From contig NC_057720.1 in NCBI RefSeq assembly GCF_004010195.1, positions 20,823,677-20,887,676 of the forward strand: 64,000 nt of DNA, given 5' to 3'. Under the pieces are notes generated by a model. It saw only the letters and a list, made by a program, of their open reading frames with translations. It was not told the origin of the DNA and ran no database searches. Shown piece after piece: positions 1 to 14,469 of this stretch. Position numbers and translations under genes: made by a program. This DNA is from Chiloscyllium plagiosum. Its lineage: Eukaryota. Positions within the stretch are counted from its first letter, which is position 1; every line of letters begins with the position of its first letter.

Positions 1-805
1 AGTTTCGATGACTGAGAGGGGATCTGATTGAGACATATAAGATTATGAAAGGATTGGGCACTCTGGCAGTAGGAAACATATTTCCACTGATGGGTGAGTG
101 CTGAACCAGAGGACACAGCTTAAAAATACGGGGTAGACCATTTAGGACAGAGCTCAGGAGAAACTTCTTCACCCAGAGAGTGGTGGCTGTGTGGAATGCT
201 CTGCCCCAGAGGGCAGTGGAGGCCCACTCTCTGGATTCATTTAAGAAAGAGTTGGATAGAGCTCTCAAAGATAGTGGAATCAAGGGTTATGGAGATAAGG
301 CAGGAACAGGATCCTGATTAGGAATGATCAGCCATGATTATATTGAATGGCGGTGCAGGCTTTAAAGGCTGAATGGCCTACTCCTGCACCTATTGTCTAT
401 TGTCTAAATCAGCTCTATCCCTCTCGAAGTTAGAAGAATGAAATGTGATGTTACTGAAAAAGGCAAGGTTATGGCAGGGCTCTGCAGGTTAAACTTGAGA
501 GGTTGTTTTCCCTGGCTGGAGAATCTAGTGCATGGGACTGATCATTTAGGATTCAGATGAGAGAAACATCTTCACTCAGAAGGATGTGAATTTTTGAAAT
601 TCCCTCCCCAAAGAGGGCTGTGAATACTCCATCACTGAAAATGTTTAACACTGGGATCAAGAGATATTTGGTATCTCAGGGGATTAAGGGATACAGGGAA
701 CAGATAGGGAAGTGGGACTGAAGCCCAAGACCAGCCATGGTTACATAAAATGGTGGGGCAGGCACAAAGTACAGAGTCTTCTCTTGTTATCGTTTCTCAT
801 GTTCT
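1..805 (+). mobile_element. Two CR1 LINE 3' ends in tandem (1-405 and about 410-805)
   Basis: RLRGDLIETYKIMKG...FFTQRVVAVWNALP, then a 3' UTR ending in (tattgtc)n. A second, older copy follows. Confidence 0.88.
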
Positions 806-979
806 TAAACTCAGTGATTGGCTGCCAACAAACTTTGATCACTGTAAACGAGACAATAAAACGACTGTTTTTCACTGCCACCTTTTAAAATCCTATTTAT
901 GAGTGCAATTTTGTTTTCCCACAGAATTATGGAAATTACAGGTCAGAAGGAGAATAATTGATTCTGTCACCTCTGGAGT

Positions 980-1021
980 TAAGAACTCTCCAGCTGCAGC
1001 TAAGAACTCTCCAGCTGCAGC
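980..1021 (+). repeat. Perfect 21-bp tandem duplication
   Basis: taagaactctccagctgcagc repeated twice. Confidence 0.95.
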
Positions 1022-2764
1022 TATTTTCTCTAATCCAATTCCCCTGTATATTTCTAATTTTGTTCTTTTCAAATTCTCATGCGGGTCCTTTCTAATTAAT
1101 GTTCGTGTCTGCCTTAATAACCACTTTAAAGCATAAATAGCTCATTCCACTTCCCTACTGTGATCCTTCATATTATGCCCCTTGCTACTGAATTATTGAT
1201 CAGCAAAAGCAACCTATTATTTAAGAGTATTAACTCATACTTAAAATTTCCATTAGCTTTATCTAGATGTCTTTTTTTTTCCATGGGGAAGGGCAACAAA
1301 AAAAAACATTTTCCCAACCTTTCTTCATACTATCTGTACTTTTCTCTCGAGCCCTACAACCCTTGGATATAGCTACACTTCTCCAATTCTGGCCTCTTCA
1401 CCATACCTGGTTTTAATAGTTCCACTAATGGTGGTTATGCTTTCAGATAATTAGACCCTAACCTCAGATACCCTGCCTCAACATCTCTGCCTCTTTACCT
1501 CATTTTCCTTCCTTTAAAAGGTATTTCTTAGAATCTATCCCATTGATCAAGCTTTTGGTTATCAGTAGCTTTATGTGGTTCAGTATCAAATTTATAACTA
1601 TCTTGTGAGGTACCTCAAGACATTTTAAGATTTTTAAAAAGTGCAATCCTAATATACATACATTTTTTGATGGGTTTAAATCTCAACTTACAAGTTGGAC
1701 CTGGTCCAACACCCTGACATTTGACATGAGCCCACATGCAGCAAACGGTATGTAGAAAAACTGGGATGGGCAGAAACTGCTGTGTCATGCATGCTGCGTA
1801 AGTGTGAGATTTATAGCTATTGGACATTGTGGTATGACTATTTGCATATCCTCTTTTTTGTTTCAATCACTAGTCCTAGCTTCTGACCATTTGCAGTCCT
1901 ACCTTCAATCTGCCACATCTTGGACTTTTAGCCTCAATGTTCTAGTTTTCTGCCCATTCCAAACTCATGATAACATCACAGCCCTGTGAACTTATTGCTT
2001 TAGTTTTGATCATCTTGTGTTAATTGAGGGAAGGATGAAAGAAGCAGGATGACAGCCCAGGGCATGTGTGTCTGGTGATGGGGTGGGGACTGGAGATTGG
2101 ACGGCTACTGTTGTATCACAAAGTTTAAAAGGTACAATTCACATCCCACACCAAGGCATCTAACAGCGTCTAGCTCAGCACAGTGGATGAATTAAACTAT
2201 ATGAAGGGCAAAATCTAGTGCAAGGGAAATCCAGTTAACATCTCTGACTGGTCAATCTTTTCATGGCTTTAATTTCCTAATTTATATATTTGCTCAGGGG
2301 TTTTTTCCCCCTATGAACTCTAACTATCTTTGGGGAAATGTGCTATCACACATCATGTGGCTAGAAATATAATTTATTTTTCTAATGTGAAAATCCAATC
2401 TTTTGGTCAAAAATGGAGATAGAGGTTGCAGGAGGAAGATCAAATTACTTCAAATCACACATGCAAGTTTGCTTGAAACAACCAATAACCAGACAGTGCT
2501 CAAGACAGCAATGCAGTTTGTTCTTCAAAATGCCCCAATCATCCGATATCCTTCAGAGAAAGAAAACTGCTGTTCATACCTGGCTTGTCTGCAAATGAAA
2601 TGTGGTTGACTCTTAACTACTCTCTGAAATGGAATAAGCAAGTCACTTAATTCAAGGGCAAGTAGACACGAGCAACTAATGCTGGCCTTGCCAGTGATTT
2701 CCATATCTCACTAAAGAAAGTAGGACAGATAGCACAGGGAAATTGAAATATTGTACCTTTCTCA

Positions 2765-3406
2765 TGTCACAAGATTAGTCCTTTTGTTTCTAAAAGCTGT
2801 TCCTTGGCTCAAGAATACTGTCCTTGATTTTTTTCAGAGGGGCAATAAACCAGGCCAAGCTCTGGTCAGACTGACTTGGCAAAGAGATTAATGGGTATTG
2901 AGAGCCCTTTTTGTTGATAGGTAAACAGATGAGACTTCAAACTAAAGTGGTCATGCTTTAGAAGTGACCTGTATAAAGAAAAGGGAGTGGTCAGCTCTCT
3001 AGCTGAGCTGAGTAGTTTAGTTCAGTCCAGAACCGGTTGGGAGTTCAACAGTGAGCTGTGTGGAAACTCTCTCTTCTGTCCTTCTAACTTCAACCTGTAA
3101 GCATCTGCCCCTTTTTTGTACTGTGTTTTATAGGGGGTTTGCTTATTGGGAATGTTGTGTATATTCGGAACAGCATACTTAAGTCTAGTTTGAATTGACT
3201 GAGTTCTGTAGGGGTTCCTTATGCTGTTCCTCATGTTTCATTGTGTAATTTTGTGAATAAATGTTTGCCCCTTTTAAACCCGAGAGTCAAGCTCGCTAAC
3301 TTAATCCTGATAATTTTCACTGTACACTTACTGAAACAAATTGCAAACTAATGGTCTGGGCTGCCTGCTTAAGAATGTTATGAGTGGTCTGGCCTAGTCC
3401 ATAACA
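2765..3406 (+). mobile_element. Probable solo LTR
   Basis: TGTCAC...ATAACA termini, flanks ctca/ctga (near 4-bp TSD), internal TATAAA (about 2972) and AATAAA (about 3256). Confidence 0.5.
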
Positions 3407-4130
3407 CTGAAATATTCTCATCATGTGAGCAAAGCGCTGGATGTCAAAAGTTTGTAGCCTTCTTGATCCACTCAAATCAAGGTCACAGGAAAGAACTGCA
3501 CTTACTCATGGGAAAATTGTTGCACCCAGGCACATCTAACCTTAACAGAGCATTGGGAGATTCTATTCTAATGGAAGGTCAAATTATATTTATAATGATT
3601 GCCTTTTAAAAAGGAACAGTTCACAAAAGCTAAGAGAGAAAAATACTGTATATTACTCAAAAGAAAAAAGATGAGGTGAGTGGGCAGAGGTGGGATTTAA
3701 GTGCAAGCTTTGAAAAGGAGAGCAAAATGTTTCAGGGAGGTCACTCCTAAATGAAGTAGCTGCATTAGTAGTGGAGCAAATGGCTGGATTCAAAGAAACA
3801 GCGAGTCCAGCAGACCATGCTTTTCAGGAGAAGATTCAGGATAGGGAGAGGCAAAGATACTATTTTTTTAGAAACTTCAGAATTCTTCCCATAACAATGG
3901 TGACTGTATTTCCAAAGTACATGATAGATGATTGAGCAATTCAGGGCATCCTGTGACTATACAAGGCTACTGTTGCGATTCCAGCTAATGGTACTACTGG
4001 ACAAGTCAGACAAGTTAGAATGCAACCTGATTTGATAGAAAATTAAAATATGATCTTTGTTTACTGTGTTAGTCAATCATGGAAACATATTCATTCACAC
4101 GAGGCTGCGGGTTTTCTTTAACATCATTAC

Positions 4131-4760
4131 AGAGTCATAGGGTTGTATAGCACGGAAACAGACTCTTCAGAACAACTCATCCATGCCGACGAGATATCCT
4201 AAATTAATCTAGTCCCACTTGCCAGCATTTGACCCATATCCCTATAAACCCTTCCCATTCATATACCTATCCAATGTAATGGTGCAATTACATTGTAATG
4301 TTGTAATTGTACTAGCCTCCACCACTTCATCTGGCAGCTCATTGCATACACACACCACCCTGTGTGAAAACGTTGTCCATTAAGTCCCTTTTTTATCCTA
4401 CCCCTATCACCTTAAACCTATGCCCTCTAGTTTTGGAATCCCCCACATACTGGGGAAAAGACTTTGTCTATTTAGCCTATCCATGCCCCCTCATGATTTT
4501 AGAGATCTCCATTAGGTCACCCGTCAGCCTCAGATGCCCCAAGGAAAATAGCCCCAACCTATTCAGCCTCTCCCTGTAGCTTAAATTGTCCAACACTGGC
4601 AATATTCTTGTAAGTCTTCTCTGAAATCTTTTCATACCATCCTTCCGACAGCAGGGAGACCAGAGTTGCACAAAGTATTCCAAAACTGGGCTACCCGATG
4701 TCCTGTCACATGACCTCCCAATGTCTATACTCAACGCACTGACCAATAAAGGTAAGCATA
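4131..4760 (-). mobile_element. CR1 LINE 3' fragment
   Basis: LEYFVQLWSP...QRRLTRILP...LSYRERLNRLGLFSL...RLTGDL. Confidence 0.9.
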
Positions 4761-5504
4761 CATTATTACACAAATTAAATAATAAAGCTAAATGTATAGT
4801 ATAGAAAAATATCTAGCATAAACAAAGTTGGCAAGTTATTTTCCAATACCAATTTATAGAAATTCAAATTTAGAATGATTACCCTTGGTATGAAATCTTG
4901 AAGTTCTACTTAACTGATTCTTCTCAGTTTCTTTCCTGTGAATGATGGGGTGTTTTTGCATTGAAACAAAAAACAAACTGAACTTAAATTTTATCAGCTT
5001 CTAACGTCTTGCAGATTTCTTACCAAACTCTCAGTTTGCAAACAATACAAACTAAACTCTGGCTTATAAAGATAACATTCCCTGAACTGCTCTGAAAAAC
5101 ACCAACTTGCTTCTGACCCTAGTCTAGTTGATTCCAAAAATCTCAAAACTTTTTCATTTTTGGGTTTTCTAAGCTAAAAAAATCAAGCTTCCACATTTAC
5201 ACGATTTACCATTAAACTCCACAATATAAACATCTTTGTGTATACTGTTGCCTGCTTTCTGAAATACACTGGATTGGGTCACTGTTCCAGAAGACCACAC
5301 TGACCTCTTTAAAAAATATCAAACTGCATTTATGCAATACTTTCTTTGTTTCCAGTAGTTTTGAAAAGTTTCTTGGCGACAAATGTTTGGCTGGTCCAGA
5401 AATAAATGTAACAAAATGACTGCCTGTTACTCCAGTTTATTGTGTTCTGCTTTGCTCCCGTTTTCATTACAGCTTCCTTTTTTTCCCAAACAAATCGGTA
5501 AAGA

Positions 5505-5642
5505 TGGAACAAAAACAGAAATTGCTAGAGAAATGCAGCATTTGTGGAGAGAAAACAGAGTTAACGTTTCAGGTCCAGTGACCCTTCTCCAGAACAGTTT
5601 GGTATCTGATTTCCAGCATTCACAGTTCTTTGATTTTTTTTC
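5505..5642 (-). mobile_element. PLE family C tail fragment with degenerate hammerhead
   Basis: Reverse complement reads gttCTGGAGAagggtcactggacctGAAAcgTTaactctg, the same tail as at 22953. Confidence 0.7.
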
Positions 5643-5971
5643 GCAGGAAAGACGGAACTGGTAATAAAACAATATCAAGCTCACTGATATGAATTGTGCA
5701 CTGATAAGGTCAATGTCAGCTCTGGCTTATTTAAAAGCACTTATCTCCAATCAGGATGCTGCATACAAGTTGTTACTCCAATGATGGGTCACTAATTAAT
5801 GGCTGAAATTCCAGTACAATCCCAAAGGAGTGCTGCACCAGAGGTTCTATCTTTTGAGCCTGCATCTGCTCTCAGGTGGAAATAGAGGATAATGTGGCAT
5901 TATTTTGAAGAGCAGAGGAATTCTGCTCAGTGCCCTGGCTAATATTTATCTTACATAAAAAAGCACATTAA

Positions 5972-6565
5972 ATGTGCAGTCTCATGTAGACAGGGTGGTG
6001 AAGGCGGCATTTGATATACTTGCCTTTATTGCTCAATACATCAAGTATAGGAGTTGGGATGTCATGTTGCAACTGTACAGGACATTGGTTAGGCCACATT
6101 TGGAATACTACATTCAATTCTGGTCTCCCTGCTACAGGAAAGTTCGTTGTGAAACTTGAAAAGATTTACAAGGATATTGCCAGGGTTGGAGGGTTTGAGC
6201 TCTAAGGAGAGGCTGAATAGGGTGGGACCGTTTTCCCTGGAGCATCTGAAGCTGAGGAGTGACCTTATAGAGGTTTATAAAATCATGAGGGGCATGAATA
6301 GAGTGAATAGGATTTTGGTTCAAGATGATTGACACATGTTGGGGGAAAGATTTAAAAAGGGACATAAGGGACAACATTTTCCCCACAGAGGATGGTATGT
6401 GAATGGAATGAATTGACAGAGGAATTGGTGAAGGCTGGTACAATTACAACATTTAGAAGGCACCTGGATACATAAATTGGAAAGGTTTGGCGGGATATGG
6501 GCCAAATGCTGGCAGTTATGACTAGCTTAATTTAGGATATCTGGTCAGTATGGGCGAGTTGGAAT
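5972..6565 (+). mobile_element. CR1 LINE 3' fragment, inserted in a Deu-domain SINE (about 5725-5970 and 6590-6670)
   Basis: YRSWDVMLQLYRTLVRPHLEYYIQFWSP, plus the CR1 3' UTR. Confidence 0.9.
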
Positions 6566-7889
6566 CACTATTTTTGGGAGTTTATTGGAAACAAATTGAC
6601 TGTAAAACTACTTCAGGGCATCTTGAAGTTGTGAAGGAGGTGATGTAAATAAAAGATGACTTACTATTTTTCTTGAATTTAAATACTCTTGTCCTTGTAT
6701 CTGGAATCAATCACTCCTTCAATATATTAACACGTGTATACATCAGCAAATATCTTTAACTGTAAGTAGCCCACTTAATGCCTTATACTGTCCAATAAAC
6801 ACTAATGGTTCCAAAACGCAGTTTAATTTGCTCTTTAGCAGCAACAGCCGCCTTCTGCAGTCAGTAGAATGTAGTTTAGAAGACATCAGTACTCTCCAGT
6901 TTTTCAGTATACAGGTATCATCTATTTCTTGGTCATCTCCTTCAAATACAAATGTATTTTGATGAAAAGTGATGACATCAGGTTTGTTCATGAAGACATG
7001 ACTTTCCTACTCTAAAACAAACAGGAAGGTTGAAAGAAAAAAATGTGGCAGTGGTGCAAATTTTTACAATGGAATCAAGATTAGTGTTCACCTCCATTCA
7101 ACTGCCCGCAGATTTCTGCAATTGTTACAAGGCAAATTTTGCTCTATTTTAGGATCTGATCCAGCATGGTGACCATTTCAGGAGGTCAAAACATCAGTGT
7201 TGTGATCAGATCAAGAAACAGGTGGCTCTTCAACCAGAATGAAGAACCTTCACTTAGACATCCAGAATCTAAACCAGGATTTATAAAAGGAAGAAAAGTA
7301 AATTTAGATGATGCACAGAAAACAAACTAAAGGCGAGGAAAATACAGACAGGATAAACAAAAAGAGGAAAAAAAAAGAGACTGACAGAAGATATTAATTA
7401 TTAACTTCTAAAGGAATGAGACTCCACATTTGAGAAATTACATTTAGAGGGCTAGAGAGATTATTTGGAAGTATTGATTATTTATTGTTCCATTTAAAAA
7501 CTCACTCAATCCTAATTACTTGAATCTTAATTTTCTGCTAGCTTTCGTGGAGAACTAAGCCAGTACAACAAGTTTACATCAGTACAGTCAGTTCATTGCT
7601 GAATGCTACCAATATGGATTACACCATTGTACTGTACTTTGTGGATGAACAGAAGATTTTTAACAGTAAATTTAGGATTTCTGAGTTAAAGTACCTATCA
7701 CAGATGCCTGAAGTCACTGGCTGATTTCACCTGAGTGCGTGCTGGTAAGTCACACCTTTGTCTTTATTGCTAAAACCAACCCTGTTTGGTATACTGCATT
7801 TGCTGTTAACAATGCTATCTGCTCGACAGCAAGCTAACTAAACACAGGTTAGTAGATTGTTTAGCACAACTTTGTTGAGTCCATTGGAA

Positions 7890-8060
7890 GGACCCCAAAC
7901 TTCCAGTTACTGGACATCTTATTTCTGCCGTCCACATACCCTGACCTTCCAGCCTTCAGCCTCCTGCAGCTTTCCAATGAAGCACAGCAAGAGCTCAAGA
8001 AACCGCACCTCATCTTGCTATTAGGCATTTTACAATGATCCACACAACACAAGTTCGGAT
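7890..8060 (+). mobile_element. Old PLE GIY-YIG C-terminal fragment
   Basis: cagcctcctgcagctttccaatgaagcacagcaagagctcaagaaaccgcacctcatc resembles 16120-16200 (GLLQCSSEAQRKLEEQHLIF). Confidence 0.55.
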
Positions 8061-10579
8061 CTGCACCTTTTTTTCCCTAGACAGGGAAAAAAAGACAATA
8101 TGCGTGACACAAGCAAAGAAACAGCAAAGTGTATTTCATAAGCTGCATTAAGTTTAACAAAAAGTGAGAGAAAAGGGGGAAACATGATCTACAAATGTCA
8201 TCACAAAGGCTGCAAAAAGAAAATAAGTCAGTCAGCCAGCTCCAAATAGAGGCAAGCAAAGCGAGGAATGAGAGGAGGAGAATTGGCAGAAAGTCAGACA
8301 GACAGATAAAATCTGAAGGTTTTGCTTACAGATGACTAAATCCTTCAACTGATTTTATTATATTCTAAATGTTTGCATATTGTGACCATTGCCTCCTTTG
8401 CTCAATCATTTAAAGGATTTTTCCTCCCAGTACTGACTCCAGCAAAGGATTTAAATGCACAATGTCAAATTGTCCTCCCTCACTTTTGGATTCTCACAGA
8501 TCTCGGTGTCCAGTTTGTTTCTGTGTTCTTTTTATGTCTCCTACATCCATATTTTAAAAATTATTTTGCATTTACTACTTTTACATTAAAAAAATGTCAC
8601 TTCAAAAATACAGTCCTAACAGATTTAAAGCTAGCATCAAAAAGCTTCAACCAATCAAAATGGGGAAAATACTAATTGGAAAACACCAAACTAGAAAACG
8701 TCAAGACACAGGTGGATAACGTAAAACTGTACTAAAAGCAGAAGTGGGAGAAATTGTTAAATTTTCAATGCTGCTTCAAGTCAGTTCTGCTGAAAGTTCC
8801 AAACCCTAAAGATTCCACCATGACCTTTCGAAGGATGTTTATGTTGCATTTCTGTGATCTCAGCATATTGTAATGTTAGACACTGTCACTACCCCAAGGA
8901 CAATTAAGCTCCAAGCAGGAAAGCACACACATTTTAGAAAAGTACTTACGATACTCTGAAGCCAAAAGTATTAAACTTTTAAAAACTGCTATGCAGAATT
9001 ACAGTAACAGGGAACTAACAGAAAGCAACTGAGATATTTGATGTGAGCTTCTGTTCCAAAACTGTTCAGTTGTTATTTTAAGAGTGGAAATTTATTAGTA
9101 GTGTTTAAACTCCCAGCGTGTCATGAGCTTTTACTGATGTTTAAAAACATTACTATCAGTGACAAGCCCAAATGTAAAATATTACATCCAGTGTGTTGAA
9201 ATAGACCAGAGACTATTTATTGTAACACACAGTTTCTATTTTAGTTAATTTGCATGCACTCTCTTTTCCATTGCTTTTTCTATTAACAACAGAGTTAGCC
9301 ATCTTTTTACCAGACCACGGAGCTGCTCTCTGGGCTCTCTAAAGACAGACAACTGGTGATGGTTTAACCTGGAGGATCACCATACCTCAGGCGGGAAGAG
9401 GAGGTTGAGATGGAGAGTAGGAATCTCTTTTGATGTGGGAATTGAACCCACATTAATGGCATCACTCTGCATTACAACCAGACATCCAGCCAACTGACCC
9501 CTATCAATAACATATTACTGCAGCAACGACAATGTACCACTAGTGGGGTACACTATATCCTTTGAAACAGTATGCTCCAATATTGACTTTTCTATTGACA
9601 TTCAAGGTCTTGAATTGAGGACGCATATTCTGTTTCTCACCTTTCCTACTGTCACACATACTTCACGATCATTGGGCCTGGCATTTCTGTCTTGACACGC
9701 GACCAAATTGTGTAAGTAGGGTATAAAACTTGTGAGGTAAGGAATTTGGAGGTGAGGGAATGAAGGAGTGAGAGGGTGGGGCTTAAAAATCATCTCCAGA
9801 ACTGGGCATGTCTCTCAGGAAATGGCAGTGGAACTTCTAACTGTCCCCTTGTTGTAAATCAATGTTCCCAACTCTCTACCATGTCATGAAACCTTAAAAC
9901 TGCCATCTAACTTCAGGCAAATTAAGGCTCTAATTCCTCTGTGCTAATAAATAAAGGACATTCTCTCATACTGCAAAAGTACATGGCCACACAGATTCAA
10001 TAAGCCCCTAGGTGATCCACCCTGGTTCAACCAAGTCTAGCTCCCTCCCTTTGATAAAGGCTGTCAAAATCCAGGCCCTGAACTGACCTACAAGACCAAC
10101 ACACCCTACACCTAAATGGCAGCTATCCTCCAACCTGATAACATCTTGATCCTTGGACTTTCCTGTGTATCCTGCCATTTTAGAAGGAAAGATGGAATTT
10201 TTAAAAAAGTACAGTAAAGAAAAATACCAGTAATTGACAATTTCAATAATAAAATTGACGTGTAGGGAATTTGATCCTCGAATCAATCTCACACAAGCAT
10301 GTAATAAAAACTCAGTATGAGTTACTGCAAATGAATATGATCTACTCAGTGTGACGTAACATGCTTATTGTTATTATAGTGTTCAGTGTAGCTCTGTTGT
10401 AGTATTTTTGCCAGTGAATCAGAAGGCTCAAGTCCCACTTCTCTTCTTGTCCAATATGTTACAGACTGATATTTCTTTTCAGCCTCCAAACGGCTTCTTC
10501 GTCCAAGTTTACTTTCCCATCTAACTTTGCACTGTCAGCAAACTTGGATACATCACACTTGGTAGCCTAATCCACTGCA

Positions 10580-11560
10580 ACAATATTTACATAACACCAA
10601 TAGAGTGTTAAAATGTCCCAGTGAATATCACAGTGTGTTATGAAGCAAAACTTGATAACAACCCATATGAGGATACGTGAGGACAGATGGCCAAAATCCA
10701 AAATAAAGTTTGAGAAGTTAAAGAAGGAAGGATGAGGAAATAGAGGGGGAAAAAAGGTTTAGTGAGGGAATTTCAGAGCTTAGGATAGAAGCAATTTGGA
10801 ATGTGACCAAGAGATGAAGCAATGAAAAGCAGGCATGCAGAAGAGACGATTAGACAAAGAAATCTTGGATGGTTAATGGGGTAAAGGAGATTATAGAGGG
10901 GGCTTGAAAATTATGGATGAGCAATTCAAAATCAAGTCATTGCTTAAAGCCAATGTAGATCATTATGCATTAGGATGATGAGTGAAAGGGACTTGATTCA
11001 TGCAAGGACATGAGAGCAGAGAGTTTTGGACAACTTCTCGTTCACAGAGAGTACACATTGGGAAGACAGTCATGTGTTGTTGGAATAGTTATCAGGTAAA
11101 GAAGGAGTGGGATGAGAGTTTGAACAGATAAGCTGAGAGAGGGTGGAATCAAGATCATTATGGAGGGAGAAACAGGTAACTTTTGTGAAGGTTTAGAGGG
11201 GTGATTGGGAGCAAATATGGCAAAAGATGGTGAACATTCTGGTTTTAGTTGTTGTAAGGAATCTATACAGGAGAACAGAAAGCATTGCATTTAGATTTCC
11301 TGATAGTTATTTGATGGACATCTCTACTCATCTAATACTGGATGCTGGATAAGCAGTTTGATAATGTACAACAATGACACAGTTCAGAAAAGTGATGAAA
11401 TAGAAGATCTAAATGCCCTGAGGAAATGTGAATCTGTGTCTTCTATTGCTGAAGGGCAGCATGTAGATGAGCAATAGGAAAGGATCAAGGTTAGGTCCTT
11501 GCCGAACAATGGGAGTCATGGTAAAGGAGTGTGAAGAGAAGGCATTGCTGCTAGATTGAA
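10580..11560 (-). mobile_element. Old L2-type LINE fragment
   Basis: The reverse complement contains an RT-like VRQGPNLDPFLLLIYMLP. Its tail is related to the plus-strand tails at about 1370-1650 and 13160-13450. Confidence 0.5.
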
Positions 11561-11653
11561 GAAGTTGGCACAGTTCTCCTTGGAGAGAAGGTGGCTGAGA
11601 GGAGATTTGATAAGAAGTTTTCAAAATTACAAGCAGGCTGTATAGAGTCTGTA

Positions 11654-12470
11654 CTTGGCAAATGCGATACAATGTAGACAAATACGAGGTTATCTACTCT
11701 GGTCGCAAAAACAGGAAGGCAGCTTATTATCTGAATGGTGGCAGTTTAGGAAAAGGTGAGGTATAATGAGATCTGGGTGTCATGGTGGAACAGTCGCTGC
11801 AGGTTGGTATGTAGGTGCAGCAGGCAGTGAGGAACGCTAATGGCATGCTGGCCTTCATAGCGAGAGGATTTGAATATCGGAGGAAGGATGTCTTGCTGCA
11901 GTTATACAGGGCCTTGGTAAGGCCACACCTTGAGTACTGTGTGCAGTTTTGGTCTCCTAGTCTGAGGAAGGGCATTCTTGCTACTGAGAGAGACCAGACT
12001 GATTCCCATAATGGCAGAAGTGACATGTGAGCAAAGACTGGATCGATTGGGCTTGTACTCACTGGAATTTAGAAGATTGAGGGAGAGATCTCATTGAAAC
12101 TTATAAAACTTACTAGTGGAACTGGACAGGGTAGATGTAGGAAGAATGTTCCCGATGTTGGATAAGTCCAGAAGTAGGGATCACACTCTAAGAATAAGGG
12201 GCTGGGATGAGAAAGAATTTCTTTGCTCAGAGTGTTGTGAACCTGTGGAATACTCTCCCACAGAAAGCCATTGGGGCCAGTTCATGAGATATATCCGAGA
12301 GAGAGCTGGACATGGCCCTTGCAGCTACAGGGATTAAGGGGTACGGGGAGAAAGTGTGAATGGAGTCCTGAGAATGCATGATTAGCCATGATCATATTTG
12401 AATGGTGTTGCAAACTCGAAGGGCCAAATGGCGTACTCCTGTAGCTATTTTCTATGTATCCATATTTCTA
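11654..12470 (+). mobile_element. CR1 LINE 3' fragment
   Basis: ANGMLAFIARGFEYRRKDVLLQLYRALVRPHLEYCVQFWSP, with a 3' tail of ttctatg-like repeats. Confidence 0.92.
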
Positions 12471-13688
12471 CATGGAGAAGCTGCTCCCACTCATAACAAG
12501 GAAAAGAACAATAGCACATAGATTTAAAAAGTGATGTGCTGTGTAAGCAAGGGAGATGTGATTTCATGTACACATTTCTGTACTGTGGCAGGAGAGGAAA
12601 ATGAATTGAAAGATTGAAACATGCAAATTAATAATCTAGATTTTAAATATCTACTGGTATGCACGGATCCCTGTAGAATTAAATGACTTTCTCAGTCATC
12701 CTCAAAATGATCTGCTTTTTTTTTGTCCATTCACCGATCCTCATTATATTACCACCAAATCAAATGAGCCCAATTATATATAACCGCTCGTCACTGCCTT
12801 CCAAAACCTCGAAACATAACAACTGATTTGCTTTCATCTAGTAGGTCAGTTACTCCCTCAAAAAGTTCCAATAGCTCTCAAACGCAATTGCATCTCTTAA
12901 AATGGTGTTGACGCTTCCTAAGTATATTAAGAATTCCCAAATACCCTGTTAGCACTTCCTTAAAATAGATTCTAGTTATCCCCAATGGCTGATGTCGGAT
13001 TAATTTAACTCCCCCAGTGGATTGGCCAATATTTATCCTTTTATTGTCATCACCAATTGGTGATTGGTTGCAAAGCATTTAAGGATATTACAAAAGACAA
13101 GAGTTGTTTTGTAAAATCACTCTCCTTCGCACTGTCAAGGTAGATCTACTGGTATACATTTAAAATGTCTACTCCAGAAAGTTGCATTCCTTTATTTCCA
13201 ACTGCCTGTGAATGATGGATTTAATTTTTCTGCCTTTGATGGCTGCACCTTTAGCTGACTCAACTAAAGCTCTGTATTACCCTCTTCTCACCTTTCTACT
13301 GATTTACATTGAATGCTCCTTTACAAAAGACCTACTACTTTGAACAATGTTTTGCATATCCAACTTAATTCCCCTTATATGGCTTGGTGTCATACTTTGT
13401 TTTATACTGCTTCTGTCAAACACATTAGGAAGTTTCATAAACTTTATTTGATGCAACTTTCACTAACAACTTAAGTGAACAACTCCAGATCTTCTGCAAG
13501 ATTTTTTCCTGCAGGCCCTCACTCCACCTGGAATATAAATTTCATTCATGATTCATTCATTTTCATCATTGTCACTACACAACTGCATTCTGATTTCCAA
13601 CAGTTAGACTCACTTAGAAAGACTGCAATTATTGGCAACGATACTAGATAGCTTCTACTGTTGGTGAAACCTTATTCCACTGTGAGAC

Positions 13689-14179
13689 GTCATAGAGTCA
13701 TACAGATGTACAGCATGGAAACAGACCCTTCGGTCCAACCAGTCCATGCTGACCAGATATCCCAACCCAATCTAGTCCCACCTGCCAGCACCTGGCCCAT
13801 ATCCCTCCAAAACCTTCCTATTCATACACCCATCCAAATGCCTCTTAAATGTTGCAACTGTACCAGCCTCCACCACTTCCTCTGGCAGCTCATTCCATAC
13901 ACGTACCACCCTCTGTGTGAAAAAGTGCCCCTTAGGTCTCTTTTATATCTTTCCCCTCTCACCCCAAACCTATGCCCTCTAGTTCTGGACTCCCTAATCC
14001 CAGGGAAAAGACTTTGTCTATTTATCCTGTCCATGACCCTCATAATTTTGTAAACCTCTACAAGGTCACCCCTCAGCCTCCGACGCTCCAGGGAAAACAG
14101 CCACAGCCTGTTCAGCCTCTCCCTGTAGCTCAAATCCTCCGACCCTGGCAATATCCTTGTAAATCTTTTCTGAACCCTT
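13689..14179 (-). mobile_element. CR1 LINE 3' fragment (young family)
   Basis: RVQKRFTRILPG..LSYRERLNRL.LFSLERRRLRGDL. Confidence 0.92.
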
Positions 14180-14469
14180 CGTGGAAGGGGAGAAAAATTA
14201 TGGTTTTTGTTCCACGTCAAAGCATTATAGGTTGTTAAAGATTTGGACAATAATGTAAGTCACTTTTCATCACTGCATTTACTGAAGTCATTATCAACCA
14301 ACCTATAATGTCTTAGTCCTTTAGGATCTCATTTGTGAACTCGAAAAGGCTCATCACCACAAACAATGTCTTACACTATGAAATGTTACGAAGTTCTGTG
14401 CTTTGTCAAGCTGTAACTTGTCAATGTTCTCACTTTATGAGCTCCAAGAGAAAAGTAAGATCTTCATTC

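Noticed and set aside
12878..13078. ORF starting MLCN.. as the ALG14 terminal exon
   Set aside because: It lacks GPGTC, VESICRV and QWP. The similarity is coincidental.
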